Shown in pieces: positions 1 to 12,634 of a stretch of 64,000 bases of DNA (positions within the stretch are counted from its first letter, which is position 1; the number at the start of each line of letters is the position of its first letter). Under the pieces are notes generated by a model. It searched no databases, had not been told where the DNA came from, and saw nothing but the letters and a program-made list of their open reading frames with translations. The stretch comes from Carcharhinus amblyrhynchos (taxonomy: Eukaryota). The position numbers and the translations under genes are program-made. The DNA is taken from the NCBI GenBank assembly GCA_965287045.1, contig OZ336876.1, positions 56,110,001 to 56,174,000 on the forward strand, written 5' to 3'.

Positions 1-67
1 GCTGTGTGTAGAAACTTCTTGTACGTTTTTCTTCTTGAATTCATAGTTTTGAATCTATTTTAAAGAT

Positions 68-258
68 TTGGTCAAAATTCTCTGGTCTCCTAGCCACGTG
101 TTTCCTTCCAGCGGGAGGTGGTGCATTGTTTGGTAGTGGCGGGATTCTCTGATCTCCCATTGTTGTCACCCCACGCTGGCACGAAACCTGTGGCAGGGTG
201 CACTGCCGAGGGGAATGGAGAATCCCTCAAGTGTGAACAGCTGGAAAATTCTAGCCAA
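68..258. mobile_element. Short palindromic MITE-like element
   Basis: Imperfect terminal inverted repeats (TTGGTCAAAATTCTC ... GGAAAATTCTAGCCAA) and an inner dyad GGGATTCTC ... GAGAATCCC; a related copy lies at about 9950-10155. Confidence 0.55.
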
Positions 259-614
259 TAAATTCTTAAAGATGGAGCTTGTGTGTCATGTAAATCTCAG
301 GCCCAGATCAGTAACCTGTGAATCTCATGAGTGAGGTTTACACAGCCCATGATTTTCTGTCCATTAAGATTACTGGGTGTCAACTGGATATAATCAGAAA
401 ATGCATCCTGCTGTTGCAAGAAGGTGTGGACAACAATACAATCCTCAAGTAATTTGATTATAATTGGTAATCCCATCTGGAGCTCTGATGGATGGCTGGT
501 GTAGGAATCATGTACAGTGAGGGATGCTCTTCTGTGGTTAGGATTAGTCAGTTGGGACTGAGAAGAGGAAGTTTTACTTTGTCTAGAAATTATGCACATC
601 AGTAAACTTGTAAG

Positions 615-1265
615 TGATAATGTTCAGAGAGACTTGGGTGTACTTGTAGCAGAAACATAGAAAGTTAGCATACAGATACCATGTGCAATTCAGAAAGTGA
701 TTGACATTTTAGCCTTTATTTCAAGGGAATTAAAGTACAAGAGTAAATAAGTTTTGCTACAATTGTATGGGGATTTGGTGAGACCATACAGCTCGCAATT
801 TCCATCACCATATTTAAGGAAGGACGTACTTGCACTGGAGGCAGTACAGCGAAGGTTTACTAGATTGGTTCCTGGGTTGTTGCACAATAAATTGGGCCTA
901 TTGCAACATTCAAGATTATGAATGGAGTTGGCAGATAGATACTGATACATTGTTTACCTTGACTAGGAAATCTAGAACAAGGGGCCATAGTTTCAAGACA
1001 TGGGGCAGAAAATTTGGGACTGAGCTGAGGTGGAACTTTTTTATTCAAAGGATTGTGAATCTTTAGAATTATCTACCCCACAGAGTTGTAGATGCTCCAT
1101 CATTGAATATATTTAAGACTGAGGTAGCGGGAGTTTTACTCTCTCGGAATCAAGGTGTATGAGAAGGAGGTGGGAAAGTAAAATTGAGACCCAACATCAG
1201 CCATGATCATATTGAATGACAAACAGGTCATAGGATTTTCTACTTCACCTGTTTCTTATGTTCTG
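615..1265 (+). mobile_element. Decayed CR1 LINE 3' fragment
   Basis: Remnant CR1 ORF2 C-terminal peptides (SRTRGHSFK, ELRWNFFIQRIVNL) and a TTCTTATGTTC-type tail near 1255. Confidence 0.85.
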
Positions 1266-1449
1266 ATCTGAGAGTACTTGATATTATCATTAGATGCACA
1301 AATTGAAGACATGAGGTTATTAAATACTAATATTTAATCTTAAATACTTGTATGTGTTCCATCTATGCTCCTGTGATATTTTAATAAGTTAAAATAATTT
1401 TGCAGGTCTACATTTTTCATACCATTTTCTACTTTATTTATCCCTAAAC

Positions 1450-1990
1450 AATCCTCATTCTTCTTTTAATGTTGAGGAGCCTCAGTTTCACCAGTGTTTA
1501 TTCACACTAGGGATTAACATTTTAGCTGTTCTCCAGACTACTCCAATGCTTAACTGTCTCTGTTATTCATTGATGACCAGAACTGGGCACAATACTCAGT
1601 TGTGGTCTGACTAGAGCACATATAGTTTCCCTATAATTTCTTCACACTATTGCTCAAATGTTTTAGTTGTACAATTCAGCATTCCATTGGTTTTGTTGAA
1701 CGCTGCTCCACAGTGGTTAGAAACATTAGGAAACAAGTCTACGAGGATCCCAAGGTCTCTTTCAATTTAGGCTTTTCTAATTCAGCAGCATATCATGGAG
1801 TATATGTTTTGCCTGTTTCACATCATTTGTGCAGGCTTCACCTTCATAGCAAATTTAATCTGCCATTGTTCTGCCCACTTGCATATATTGTCCAACTCAT
1901 TTTCCTCATGATCCTGAGATATTTCCTCAGAATCACTCGCCTAATATGATCGGCAAAATTGACTAATCTCTGAATCTAAGCCGTGAGTGC
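1450..1990 (-). mobile_element. Old CR1-like LINE fragment
   Basis: GACCAGAACTGGGCACAATACTC is the reverse complement of the CR1 EYCAQFWS motif; otherwise highly decayed. Confidence 0.6.
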
Positions 1991-3142
1991 AAGTTTAAAC
2001 GGGATTGCTTCCAAAATAAATCCTACTCAGTTATAGTATAGAGCTTTGTATAGAGCTTTGTTAAGTCTTTTTAGAAGTAATCACATGTCATCAGGTGCTT
2101 GGGTTACAGAAATCGAGACATGCAATGAAAAGAAAGAAGAAAAGGTATTTATGGTTCTTGGGACTGTGAATTTATCATGAGTTGATTACAAAAAGAAGTC
2201 AAAAATACTGGAAATACACATCAGATTTTTTTCTGTCTCATGAGAAATTGCTGATGGGTTCCACCCTAAATATTAGCCAGTTTTTATATCTTAGGTATTG
2301 GCAAACTGACCAAAGATTTGGAACTATGAACTGCTGTGAGCCCGAAGTCGAACCTAGTGAACACCAGAATTTAATTTCCTGAACCTGCCAAGAAAACTGC
2401 TGTCACTTTTTCATGTAGGGGGATGGAATACCTACTATTTTATGCTTATCCATACTTTCAAACCATTTGCAACTTTCCAGTGTTCATCTAGCTCCGACTA
2501 CACTCTGCATTTTACTTTGATGAATTGTATTTTATTTTGCTTCTCAGCACCTACACACCCTTTCCCCAATATCTTCGAGACACCAACCACTCTTTTAACA
2601 TATATCTGTATTTCCTACCTTTAACTCTCTGGATTTCTTCTGTCTTTTCACATGACTTCCAGAAGAAGTTTTTTTCTTTTTATCTTTTTTGCCATTTGTT
2701 GTTCCGTTTATTCAGTCTGAGTTTATTAGTTTTGGAGATGTATCTAACAAACAAGTTCAACTTTATAGCTGAAAAGAAGAGCCATTTTTATTTATACTGA
2801 CTTTTTTTAATTGAACAACCTCTTTTAATTTACTTGTTTTATATTTGTTTTGGGTCTTCAGTCATTTGGCCTCATGTCCTATTTTGCATTTCCACTCACC
2901 ACACAGTGTCCCAGAAGGATCTGCTAATACAGATTGCTGTTTAATTTTCCAATTCTTCTTCAATATTTTCTTTCACTACTGAATAGGTTCCCTACAGCTT
3001 GAAAGATGACCCGATCATTAGCTTGCATTTTTAGAAAACATTTGATTCTCTTGGGAGTATGGTAAGGAATCTTATGCCTTACGGAATGCCTCAGAGAGTC
3101 CTCATATTGAGAAGTATTCTGTTTGGAAAGCTGTGTAAAACA

Positions 3143-3230
3143 TTTGACAACACCAGGTTTAAGTCCAACCGATTTATTTGATAGTACATGCACTAGCTTT
3201 CGGGGTTAGTCCCTTCATCAGATGAATGCA
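3143..3230 (-). mobile_element. Penelope-like pLTR fragment with minimal hammerhead ribozyme core
   Basis: Homologous to the arms at 42460-42685; the minus strand reads cat-CTGATGA-agggactaacccc-GAAA-gcta-gtg. Confidence 0.7.
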
Positions 3231-3254
3231 TTCGCCTATTTATTTATTTAGTCT

Positions 3255-3545
3255 AGGGCACTGCACTGAGGAACTCCTGCAAAGAAGTCCTGGAACTGAG
3301 AAAGTTGGACTTTCACAACCATCTTCTTTTGTACTAGATATGACTCCAACTAATGGAGAGTTTTCCCCCACTTTCTAATTTACTAGGGTTCCTTGCTTCC
3401 CTTCTTGGTCAAATGCTGCCTTGATATCAATGGCAGTCACTCTCACCTTAGTTCTGGAATTCAGTTGCTTAGTCCATGTTTAGACCAAGGCTGCAATGAG
3501 GTCAGGAACTGAGTGGCAGAACCCAAACTGGGGATGTATGAGCAG
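3255..3545 (-). mobile_element. Fragment of an abundant CR1/L2-group LINE
   Basis: Matches the RT-region sequence at about 54850-55140 (GGTCAAATGCTGCCTTGATATCAA...). Confidence 0.65.
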
Positions 3546-5395
3546 ATTACAGAGAAGCCAAAAGGGGACATGTGATTGTTTTGGCAGATGAGGCAAAGGA
3601 GAATCCAAAGAACTTCCACAAATTCATGAAGGGAAAAACAGTAACAAGGGAGAGAGTAGGGCCTCTTAAGGATCAACAAGGTCATCTATGTGTGGATCCG
3701 CGAGAGGTGGCCGAAGTCCTAAATGAATATTTCTCATCAGTATTTACTGTTGAGAAAAGCATGGGTGTTAGGGAACTTGGGTAAATAAATAGTGATGATT
3801 TGAGGAGTGTACATATTACAGAGACGGAAATGCTTGCAGTCTCAAAGCACATCAAGGTAGATAAAACCCCAGGACCTGATGAAGTATATCCCAGGACATT
3901 GCGGGAGGCTAGGAAGAAAATTGCGGGTCCCCTAGCCGAGACATTTGAGTCATCGATATTCACGGGTGAGGTGCCTGAAGATTGGAGAGTGGCAAATGTT
4001 GTGCCTTTGTTTAAAAAGGGCTGCAGGAACTACAGGCCATTTGTTGTGGGTAAGTTGTTGGAAGGTATTTTGAGAGACAGGATCTACAGGCATTTAGAGA
4101 TGCAAGGACTGATTAGGAACAGTCAGGAAAGCTTTGTGAGTGGAAAATCATGTCTCACAAATTTGATTGGGTTTTTTGAAGGGGTAACCAAGAAGGTAGA
4201 TGAGGGCAGGGCCGTTGATGTTGTCTACATAGACTTTAGCAAGGCCTTTGACAAGGTACCGCATGGTGAGTTATTGCATAAGGTTATCTCACAGGATCCA
4301 GAGCGAGGTATCTAAATGGATACAAAATTGACTTCTTGACAGATGCCAGAGGGTGGTTGTAGAAGTTGTTTTTCAAACTGGAGGCCTATGACCAGAAGTG
4401 TGCCTCAGGAATCAGTGCTGGGTCCACTGTCATTTGTCATTTATATTAATGATTTGGATGAGAATATAGGATGCATGGTTAGTAAGTTTGCAGATGACAC
4501 CAAGATTGGTTGCATAGTGGACAGCAAAGAAAGTTATCTTCGATTGCAACAGGATCTTGAACAATTGGGTCAGTGGGCTGAAGAATGGCAGATGGACTTT
4601 AATTTAGACAAATGCGAGGTGATGCATTTTGGTAGATTGAACCAGGGCAGGACTTAATCAGTAATTGGAATGGTGTTGGGGAGGGTTACAGAACAAAGAG
4701 ATCTAGGGGTACATGTTCATAGCTCCTTGAAAGTGGAGCGCAGGTGGACAGAGTGGTGAAGAAGGCATTCAGCATGCTTCATTTCATCAGTCAGAACATT
4801 GAATATAGGAGTAGAGGTGTCTTGTTGAAGTTGTCCAAGACATTGGTAAGGCCACACTTGGAATACTGTGTACAGTTCTGGTCACCCTATTATAGAAAGG
4901 ATTATAGAATTAAAGTAGAAAGAGTGCAGAAAAGATTTACTAGGATGCTACCGGAACCTGATGGTTTGGGTTATAAGGGGAGGCTGGATAGAATGGGACT
5001 TTTTTCTCTGGAGCGTAGGAGGCTGAGGAGTGGTCTTATAGAGGTCTATAAAATAATGAGGGGCACAGAGCACCTAGATAGTCAAGGTAGGGGAGTCTAA
5101 AACTAGAGGGCATAGGTTTAATGTGAGGGGGGAGAGATACAAAAGTGTCCAGAGGGACATTTTTTTCACACAGAGGATGGTGAGTAACTGGTACAAGCTG
5201 TCAGAGGTAGTAGTAGAGGCAGGTACAATTTTGTCTTTTAAAAAGCATTTAGAAAGTTATATGGATAAGATGGGTATAGAGGGATATGAGCCAAATGCAG
5301 GCAATTGGGATTAGCTTAGGGGGTTAAAAAGAAGGGCGGCATGGACAAGTTGGGTCGAAGGGCCTGTTTCCATGCTATGACTCTGTGACTCTATA
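3546..5395 (+). mobile_element. 5'-truncated CR1 LINE (RT domain, several frameshifts/stops)
   Basis: ORF fragments with KTPGPD, SCLTNL, DFSKAFDKVPH, KFADDTK and HLEYCVQFWSP; 3' tail GGGCCTGTTTCCATGCTATGACTCTGTGACTCTA. Confidence 0.95.
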
Positions 5396-5474
5396 AATAT
5401 TGCTGATTTGCACTATTAATAGCATTTCCAATGGCGGAAGAGTGGTGGAGTAAAACAGTCAGAGGAAAACCTAC

Positions 5475-5768
5475 ATGGCATGGTGGCACAGTAGTTAGCA
5501 ATGCTACCTCATAGTACCAGGGACCTGGCTTCGATTTCTGATTTGAGTCACCTTCTGTTTGGAGTTTGCATATTCTCCCTGTGTCTGCGTGGGTTTCCTT
5601 CGGGTGCTACAGTTTCCTTCCTCATTCTGGTTAGGTGCATTGGCCATGCTGAATTCTCCCTCAGTGTACCAGAACAAGTGCTGGAGTGTGGTGACTAGGG
5701 GATTTTCACAATAAATTCATTGCAGTATTAATAAGTCTACTTATGACACTAATAAATAAATTTTAAAC
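5475..5768 (+). mobile_element. tRNA-derived V-SINE (HE1-related, alternative tail)
   Basis: Head TGGTGGCACAGTAGTTAGCA, V-domain GGAGTTTGCATATTCTCCCTGTGTCTGCGTGGGTTTCC, ends in AATAAATAAA. Confidence 0.85.
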
Positions 5769-6189
5769 TACACCTAGCTCCAAATTGTAATGTTGTACAT
5801 AATTGGCATCAATAGTATCCGGTGAATATGCGGATAATCAATGAGGGTCTTGTTGCTCTGATGGTGAAGCTGTAGACCAGGAAGTGACACAACTGGATGG
5901 GCAACATTTGAAGACTGCTCCTAAGGGAGGACTGGGCCATTCATGTTAAGGTAATCTTAATGTTTTTTTAGGGATTGATTAACTAGGCTGCAAAAAAACG
6001 CCATCTTGGAAACTCACACCTGCTCTCAACTAATGACAAGTTGCTAAGACATGTCTTAGTAAAATTCCTTGAATAGTCCAGGAACTTCCCAGGCACACAG
6101 GTTTCAAAATTAGACTCTGCAGCATTGTTGGTGTCATCACCCCTGAAGTCTGGAATCTCAAAAATGGTAGCTGCTCCATTTCTGACCAC

Positions 6190-6720
6190 TTCAGACACGC
6201 CTGAGACAAGCACATCATACTTGTAAATGCAGGCACACCTGCCCAGCACATGATGCTTGTAAGTATGCAGACAAGCCCTGTGCCGCACACTACGCTTGTA
6301 AGTGTGCAGGATGCCTGTAAAACGCACCATGCTCGTAAGTGTGCAGACATGTCCGTACAGCACATGATGCTTGTAAGTATACAGACACGCTTGTACAGTG
6401 CACTATGCTTGGAAGACGCAGGATACGGGTACAGTGCACCATGCTCGTAAGTATGCAGGCACGATTATAAAGCTCACGATACTTAAAAGTATGCAGACAC
6501 ACTTGAACAGCACACCATGCTTGTAAGTACACAGGCACGTCTATACAGCACATATTGCTTGTAAGTATGCAGACACATCTGTACAGCACATGGTGCTTGT
6601 AAGTGTGCAGACACATCTGTAAGCACATGATGCATGTAAGTGTGCAGACACACTTGTACAGTACACTATGCTTTGTAAGTACACAGACATAACTGTACGG
6701 TACACCACGCTTATAAAGGT
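6190..6720. repeat. 38-bp minisatellite, about 14 diverged copies
   Basis: Unit approximately GCACATGATGCTTGTAAGTATGCAGACACATCTGTACA; GCTTGTAAG recurs at 6557 and 6595 (period 38). Confidence 0.9.
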
Positions 6721-6767
6721 GTCACGTATTGCTGGAAAGATGCAGGGAGGGCAGATATTGACATTCA

Positions 6768-8130
6768 GGGTGGAATTCTCTAGATTTGGCGAAGTGGCAC
6801 AGCGCGTGGAAAAAAATGGGTGCAAACTGTCAGCCCAAAGAGCAGCTTTCTCCGCCACATTGTGAGCCTCTTAATGATAAAAAAGTAAGGGGCTGAGTAT
6901 CCGGATAAGGTGGGCCGGCTCTAGTCAGTGCCAGGGTATTGTCCAGGCAAGACACTCACCCTCCTGCGGGCTGTACTCACCTGTGTATCTCCAATGGGTT
7001 CTGCTCGCCAAGTTCATATTGTGGGGGACCTGTCAGGATGCACGCTGGTGTGAATGGGCGATTAGTGGAGGAGACTTTCAGGTTTAAAGGCCTGATAATA
7101 ACATTTAAATATGTCCAAACAGAGTTCCTGATACTGACCGTCAGATACCTGTTCCATCATTGGTGGGGACAGGGGATATTTAATCGATAAAATCCCGCTG
7201 GTGTAAAAGATAAAAGCCATTTTGGGACTCCCACGGGATTCTCAGCACCCCCCCAGCCCACCCAAACTCTCCACTGCCATTCCCACCCCCGCCCCCCGAG
7301 AAGACTGGACTGGAAAATCTGCCGGCACATGTCCTCTTAGCGTCCGCTCTTTTAACACTCTGAGGGACACAGCTTTAGACCGCACTGTCTTTGTATGGGT
7401 GGCAACAGTCTGTGCTGGCTGGCTGACAGGTAACAGCAAGGACAATCACACATTGATATTGATGGGAACACAAATACTGTCATCCTCAGATGGGCAGCTG
7501 CCTTGTACCACTCTGGAATCTCTGCAACCCCTGCAGGGGGCAGGGGCTACCTCAACAGTCCTAGTGATCTATAGGAGAACAAATTGCCAGAAAGCTGTGA
7601 GAGCCCATTTAAGCATTGGTATCTGGAGAAATGATGGCAGCAGCCTGTGGCTGAGTGGTGCCAAGCAAGACTTGTAAAGCAGCAATCTTAGCTATCATGG
7701 CCTCTTGTGGGAGATTTTGCTGCAGCACTCAAATGTTGGGTGGTAGCTGCCTGTGTTGCGATGGAAGCTGCGATATCAGTCACTGGTTGCTGCATCTTGG
7801 GTGGGTATATAATTGTTGGCTTGGAGATGGCCGCCACTTCCACATGGAAAGAATCCAAACTCTGTATGAAGATCTGTGCCAAGCTGAAGCTGGAATTCTC
7901 CATTCTCCAAAGAAGCTCTGTGACAGGTCGAATATACTAGTGTACAGGCTCATTAGCCTGCAATTACCTTATCCATTTCTTAGCAACTGGGGCAGAAATT
8001 CAGTCAGAATACAGGAAATGGAGCAGAACCAGACTACATCGGGATTTTATCATAATTTTTAGCCCCAGTGGAAGAGCTGTGGGCAGATCCTTTAACATCC
8101 GTCCCTGGCCCCCACCCCTTTCCACCCATC
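6768..8130. mobile_element. Probable decayed non-autonomous DNA transposon sequence
   Basis: Abrupt GC-richer block beginning GGGTGGAATTCTC, a terminus resembling GGGGGCAATTCTC at 44835; no transposase motif recognised. Confidence 0.3.
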
Positions 8131-8169
8131 CACTAATTGAAGGAAAGTTCTGGACTGTTATATTCTTCA

Positions 8170-8295
8170 ACTTTTACAGATGCACCATAAAAGTATTCTT
8201 CTGGTTGTATCGCAGCTTGGTATAGCTCCTGCTCTGCCCAAGACCGCAAGGAACTACAAAGGGTTGTGAAGGAAGCCCAATCCATAATGCAATTA
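8170..8295 (+). mobile_element. Rex1/Babar LINE fragment
   Basis: Matches 49018-49140 (TTTTACAGATGCACC...CAGCTTGGTAT.GCTCCTGCTCTG). Confidence 0.8.
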
Positions 8296-9949
8296 TTGGG
8301 GGGCGGGGGGGTGGTGGTGGGGGCTGGGGTGGTTAGATGCTAACTCCCCTACGACATGCCTTTTGGTTCAAGATATGTTTGGCTGAATTGGCTTAAAGAC
8401 CTCAGAAGAGTCCTCCAGCAGACAGACAAATAGACAGACGTACAGACTGACATTTTGCTTTTCAATAGATAGATATTTTGGGGTGTAATTTTAAACTGTG
8501 TTGGTCACCTGATCACATACCGAGAATTGAAGTAACCTTTCAATCCATGCCCTATGAATGATCCCCAGTCTATATTTTTAAAACAATCAATTCTCAAAGT
8601 TCTAATCTGTGAATAGATTGTCCCATGAATAAAAGCAGGGACATGTAATATTGAGATGGTAAGAAACATTTCATAAAGTGCCATCATTATTTTTAGATTT
8701 CTTTTGATTGAGATTGGGGAAGTTATTTAAGTTATTTTCTAACTGTCAGTGCTTAGTGCATTGATTTATTACTGTGCTGAAGATAGTAAACTTTGAATTA
8801 AAGTTAATTTATTCGGATCTTCATGCGTAGGAATGAAATATAAGAAATGGCAGGCAGATTTTTACCAATATAGCATTTGCTTAGGAATCCAAGTCCAGTG
8901 AGTCTCTGCCAGGTTCCTCAAATGCCTGAACATACTGGATCATAGTAGAAGGACTGTGTTGCCCCATCACCGGATTTTGAAATGCAGCAGGCCCCATACT
9001 GGCTTCTTAAGACAGCAATCACCTCAGTCCCATGAAGCAAATGAACCCAAAGAGTTACCCCCACCTTTGTTATTCAGGTGGCAGCTAGGGGAAACTCACA
9101 GTGAAAGGTTATGAACTACATCAAGGTAGGAAGTATGAAGGTTGAAGACCCTCACTGGTGTTTGTAATATGTTGACGTAATGAATCTGAGTCACACTATT
9201 TTTCTGCTGCTATGCTGAGTTGTGCGAAAGAAGGATAATCCCTTCTCTGTCTGTTGCTGAGCAACTTCAGGAAATTGTAACGCTGTTCTTCAGTGTTGTG
9301 AAGAGATAGTTCCAAGTGCTGATATTGGAGTATGGGGGAATCAGTGAAAGGATACATTCAGAATTTATTTTCATGAGAATATGGCTTCTTCATCATCATC
9401 ATTCTCTTTTTTTCCTATGATGATAACTCCACCTCTTCCTATAAATAGATTATTTCCTTTGGAGCCAAATTTCTCAGGATACAGCGAACAATGATTGTCC
9501 CTGTTACTCATATTGGAGAATATTATAGAGCACCTCCAGTGTGCAGAATCATACTTTCAATGTCACTAAGGTGTGTTTAGTTATTCTGGTGATCTTCCCA
9601 TTGTGCTGCTCCTCAGTTGCACTGTTAGCAGTTTTGACCAGTTACAATAGATTGTTTTTCAGAAGGTAATCTTTAACTCCAATATGTTGTCCATTGTCCT
9701 GATTTTGGTTGGCAAGAAGAGTTGGTTTCAGATGACTGCCTCATTACAAAGGCACAGAGTAGCTCACAATGGTTGCAGGATCTTGTCATATTCCAGCTTC
9801 ATGATTAAAGAATGGCAATCCTTTCTGTTCATACGTGCCACTGTAGTTTCTGATAGCCACTACAGTGCAGTATGTAGTGTCCTGCACCCTGGGAAACATG
9901 CCTTCTGAAACATCAGAAGAATGAAATGAACTAGCCAATACTTGTGAAT

Positions 9950-10157
9950 TAGAGGGACCTTTTAGCCTCCCCGCGGCATCTTTCCCATGGCAGAAGATGG
10001 CCACCACTTGCTGGTAATGGGATCTCTGGTTCCGCAGCTAGCAACGAGATTTCACATTGACCGCACCCCGTGCCACTGGGAAATCCACAGTGGCAGCGTG
10101 CCTTTGACAGGATTAGAAGATTCTGCCACCGTGAACAGCCGGAAAATTATGGCCACA
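9950..10157. mobile_element. MITE-like element, same family as 68-258
   Basis: Shares the terminus GTGAACAGC.GGAAAATT.T.GCCA with the 68-258 element. Confidence 0.55.
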
Positions 10158-10184
10158 TTAAATACTATTGCAACAGTTGACCTT

Positions 10185-10390
10185 TTAAAAAATTTGTTCA
10201 TGGCATATGGACGGTGCTGGCTAGGCAACATTTATTGCCCATCCCTATTTGCCCTTGAACTAAGTGTCTTGATAGGCCATTTCAGAGGGCAGTTAAGAGT
10301 CAGCCACATTGCTGTGTGTCTGGAGTCACATATTAGGCCAGACCAGGTAAGGACAGCAGATTTCTTTCCCTAAAGAACATTATTGAAGCA
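10185..10390 (-). mobile_element. SINE/LINE 3' tail fragment
   Basis: CATTTATTGCCCATCCCTA is the reverse complement of the LINE tail at about 29785-29805; a related copy lies at 32090-32410. Confidence 0.7.
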
Positions 10391-10475
10391 AACTGCTGCC
10401 TATTAAGTACTGCAAGATTTCTTAGACTTGACATACAAAATGTCTCCTGCAGCGTTTTAATTATCATCTTAGTGT

Positions 10476-11222
10476 GTCAGCTATGACTCAGTTGGTAGCA
10501 CTTTCAATCCTGAATCAGAAGACTGTGAGTTCAAGTCCCAGTCTAGAACATGAGCACTATAATGCAGATTAACACTTTGGTGCTGCACCATAGAATCCCA
10601 TAGAATTCCTACATTGTAAGTGGACCATTCCCATGCAAGTGGACCACAGAGCAGCTTTTGTCCACACACAGTATGGTGGCACAGTGGTTAGCACTGCTGC
10701 TTCACAGCAGTGTAGGCCATTCAGCCAATCGGGTGTGCACCATTGTTACCCAAGCCAACCACTTACCCTATCCCTGTAACCCTATACATTTAGCAGGGCT
10801 AATCCATCTAACCTACACATCTTTGGATTGGGAGAACATGAAACTGCACACAGACAATCACCCGAAGCCAGAATTGAACCTGTGAGGCAGATGTATTAAC
10901 TACTGTGCCACCATCCTGGGCACTGTGGGAGGTTCCGCCTTTTGGTTGAACCATTAAATAAAGGCCCCATCTGTCCTCTCAGTTGCATGTAAAAAAACAC
11001 AAGATACTATTTTGAAGAAGAACAGGAGAGTTACCCTTGTGTCCCAACCAATATTTATCTCTCAATCAGGTTTTCTGGCTATTATCACATTTCTCTTTGT
11101 AGGAGCTTGCTGCACACAAATTGGTGCCATATTTCCCACATCAGAACAGTAGCTATACTCCAGATGTATTCCATTGGCTGTAAAATATTTTGGATATCCT
11201 AATGTTGTGAAAAACACTTTCT
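10476..11222 (+). mobile_element. Deu-domain SINE (SacSINE1/AmnSINE1-like), interrupted by an HE1-like SINE
   Basis: tRNA head (GACTCAGTTGGTAGCACT ... GAGTTCAAGTCCC) at 10476-10590; Deu-like core (AGGCCCCATCTGTCCTCTCAG ... CTATTTTGAAGAAGAACAGG ... CCAATATTTATC) at 10920-11220. Confidence 0.75.
10588..10915 (-). mobile_element. HE1-like V-SINE (rearranged)
   Basis: CATAGAATCCCATAGAATTCCTACA tail at left and reverse-complement head TAACTACTGTGCCACCA at right. Confidence 0.8.
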
Positions 11223-11275
11223 GCACCTCGATTTTCTCGTGCAAGTGGACCATAGTACAGCTTTTGTCCACACAC

Positions 11276-11636
11276 AACATGGTGGCACAGTGGTTAGTAC
11301 TACTGCTTCACAGCAGCATGGGCCTGGGTTCAATTCTGGCTTTAGGTGACTGTCTTTGTCGAGTTTGCACATTCACCTCGTGTCTGCATGGGTTTCCTCA
11401 GGGTGCTCCAGTTTCCTGCCATAGTCCAAAGATGTGCAGGTTAGATGGGTTAGCTGTGCTAAATTGCCCCTTCTGTCCCAGTGATATCATTTGAGGTTAG
11501 ATAGATTAGCCATGGTGAATGTGTGGGGTTGTGGGATGGGGTGGGGAGAGGGCCTCGGTAAAATACTCTGTCAGAGGGTTGGTGCAGACCTGATGGGCCA
11601 AATGTCCTCTTTCCACACTCTAGGGATTCTATGATT
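11276..11636 (+). mobile_element. HE1-like V-SINE
   Basis: tRNA head, V-domain and CR1-derived tail ending GGGATTCTATGATT. Confidence 0.9.
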
Positions 11637-12634
11637 TCAGTATCAAATGCAAAGGAAGCCACCTCTACGCTGACTGAAGCCATATAAAATGTCATTTTGC
11701 AGCTCAAATGTATCCCAATACATCTTCCCTACAGTTTTGACTTGTAATTTCCCAAAGTGGTTCCCTCAGTCTTCGTTCATGATAACACACTTGTGTCTGA
11801 GTCAGAGGGGTGTAGGTTCAAGCCCACTCCAAAGATTTGAACCTGATCTGCCATTGTAACCAGGGTTTTTGCAAAGTAGCAAAGCTGATGTCACTGGTAC
11901 AAAAGGCAAGTTTATTAAGACCAACAGCCAGTGGGAGAAATTATCTCAAGGGTCACAGTTACAGAATACCAAGACCTGTCAGACAAGTTCTGAATTATCA
12001 GCAAAAGATCAGCGAGGCTATACATTTCCTTTATCAAATTATTCACCTTATCTTAGCATAAAATCAAATGATTCTTAAAACACGCAAGTCAATAAATACT
12101 ATCATGTATTTCAGCCAATCTGCAATTCATCCTTCAATATTATGGTCTCTATTTGTCACAAGTCTGGATCTCAACTCCCCTACTGGCAAAACCTCAATTT
12201 CCCCATTACCATGCCTCCCGGGAAGATTACTTTCATGAATTTGATTTCAATTCATTGCAAATGCAGATAACAGTTGATACCCCACGTCCAGGAAACTTGC
12301 CAACTGAATTAAACAATGAACTCCAGATGAAACATATTTTAAATATTTTGTTTCTCTGCTCTTGAACTAAACTAGTTCCATGAGTTTTTTTAATAATGCC
12401 AGTGAATCCTTTTACCTAAACCCAAATTCCCAGCGGTGTCTGTCACTTGGCTGAAATGATCAATTTTAAACTTAAATGATATCAGAGAAATTTATTAAAA
12501 TCATTTACTACATTAGCATGTACTAAATAACTTGCCCTGTTAGCTTCATAAATCCATTTTGAAGCCATTAACCCTTGCTGGTAATCATGATAGTGCCTTA
12601 ACATCTAAAAATGAAAACAAAATATAAAATAATC

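Noticed and set aside
5475-5545. tRNA genes at SINE heads (also at 10480, 11280 and 52260)
   Set aside because: Only A/B-box remnants that continue into SINE bodies; no cloverleaf.
6190-6720. CRISPR-like periodic repeat and overlapping Cys-rich ORFs
   Set aside because: The 'spacers' are homologous to one another, there are no cas genes, and the context is eukaryotic; the ORFs are artefacts of the tandem repeat.
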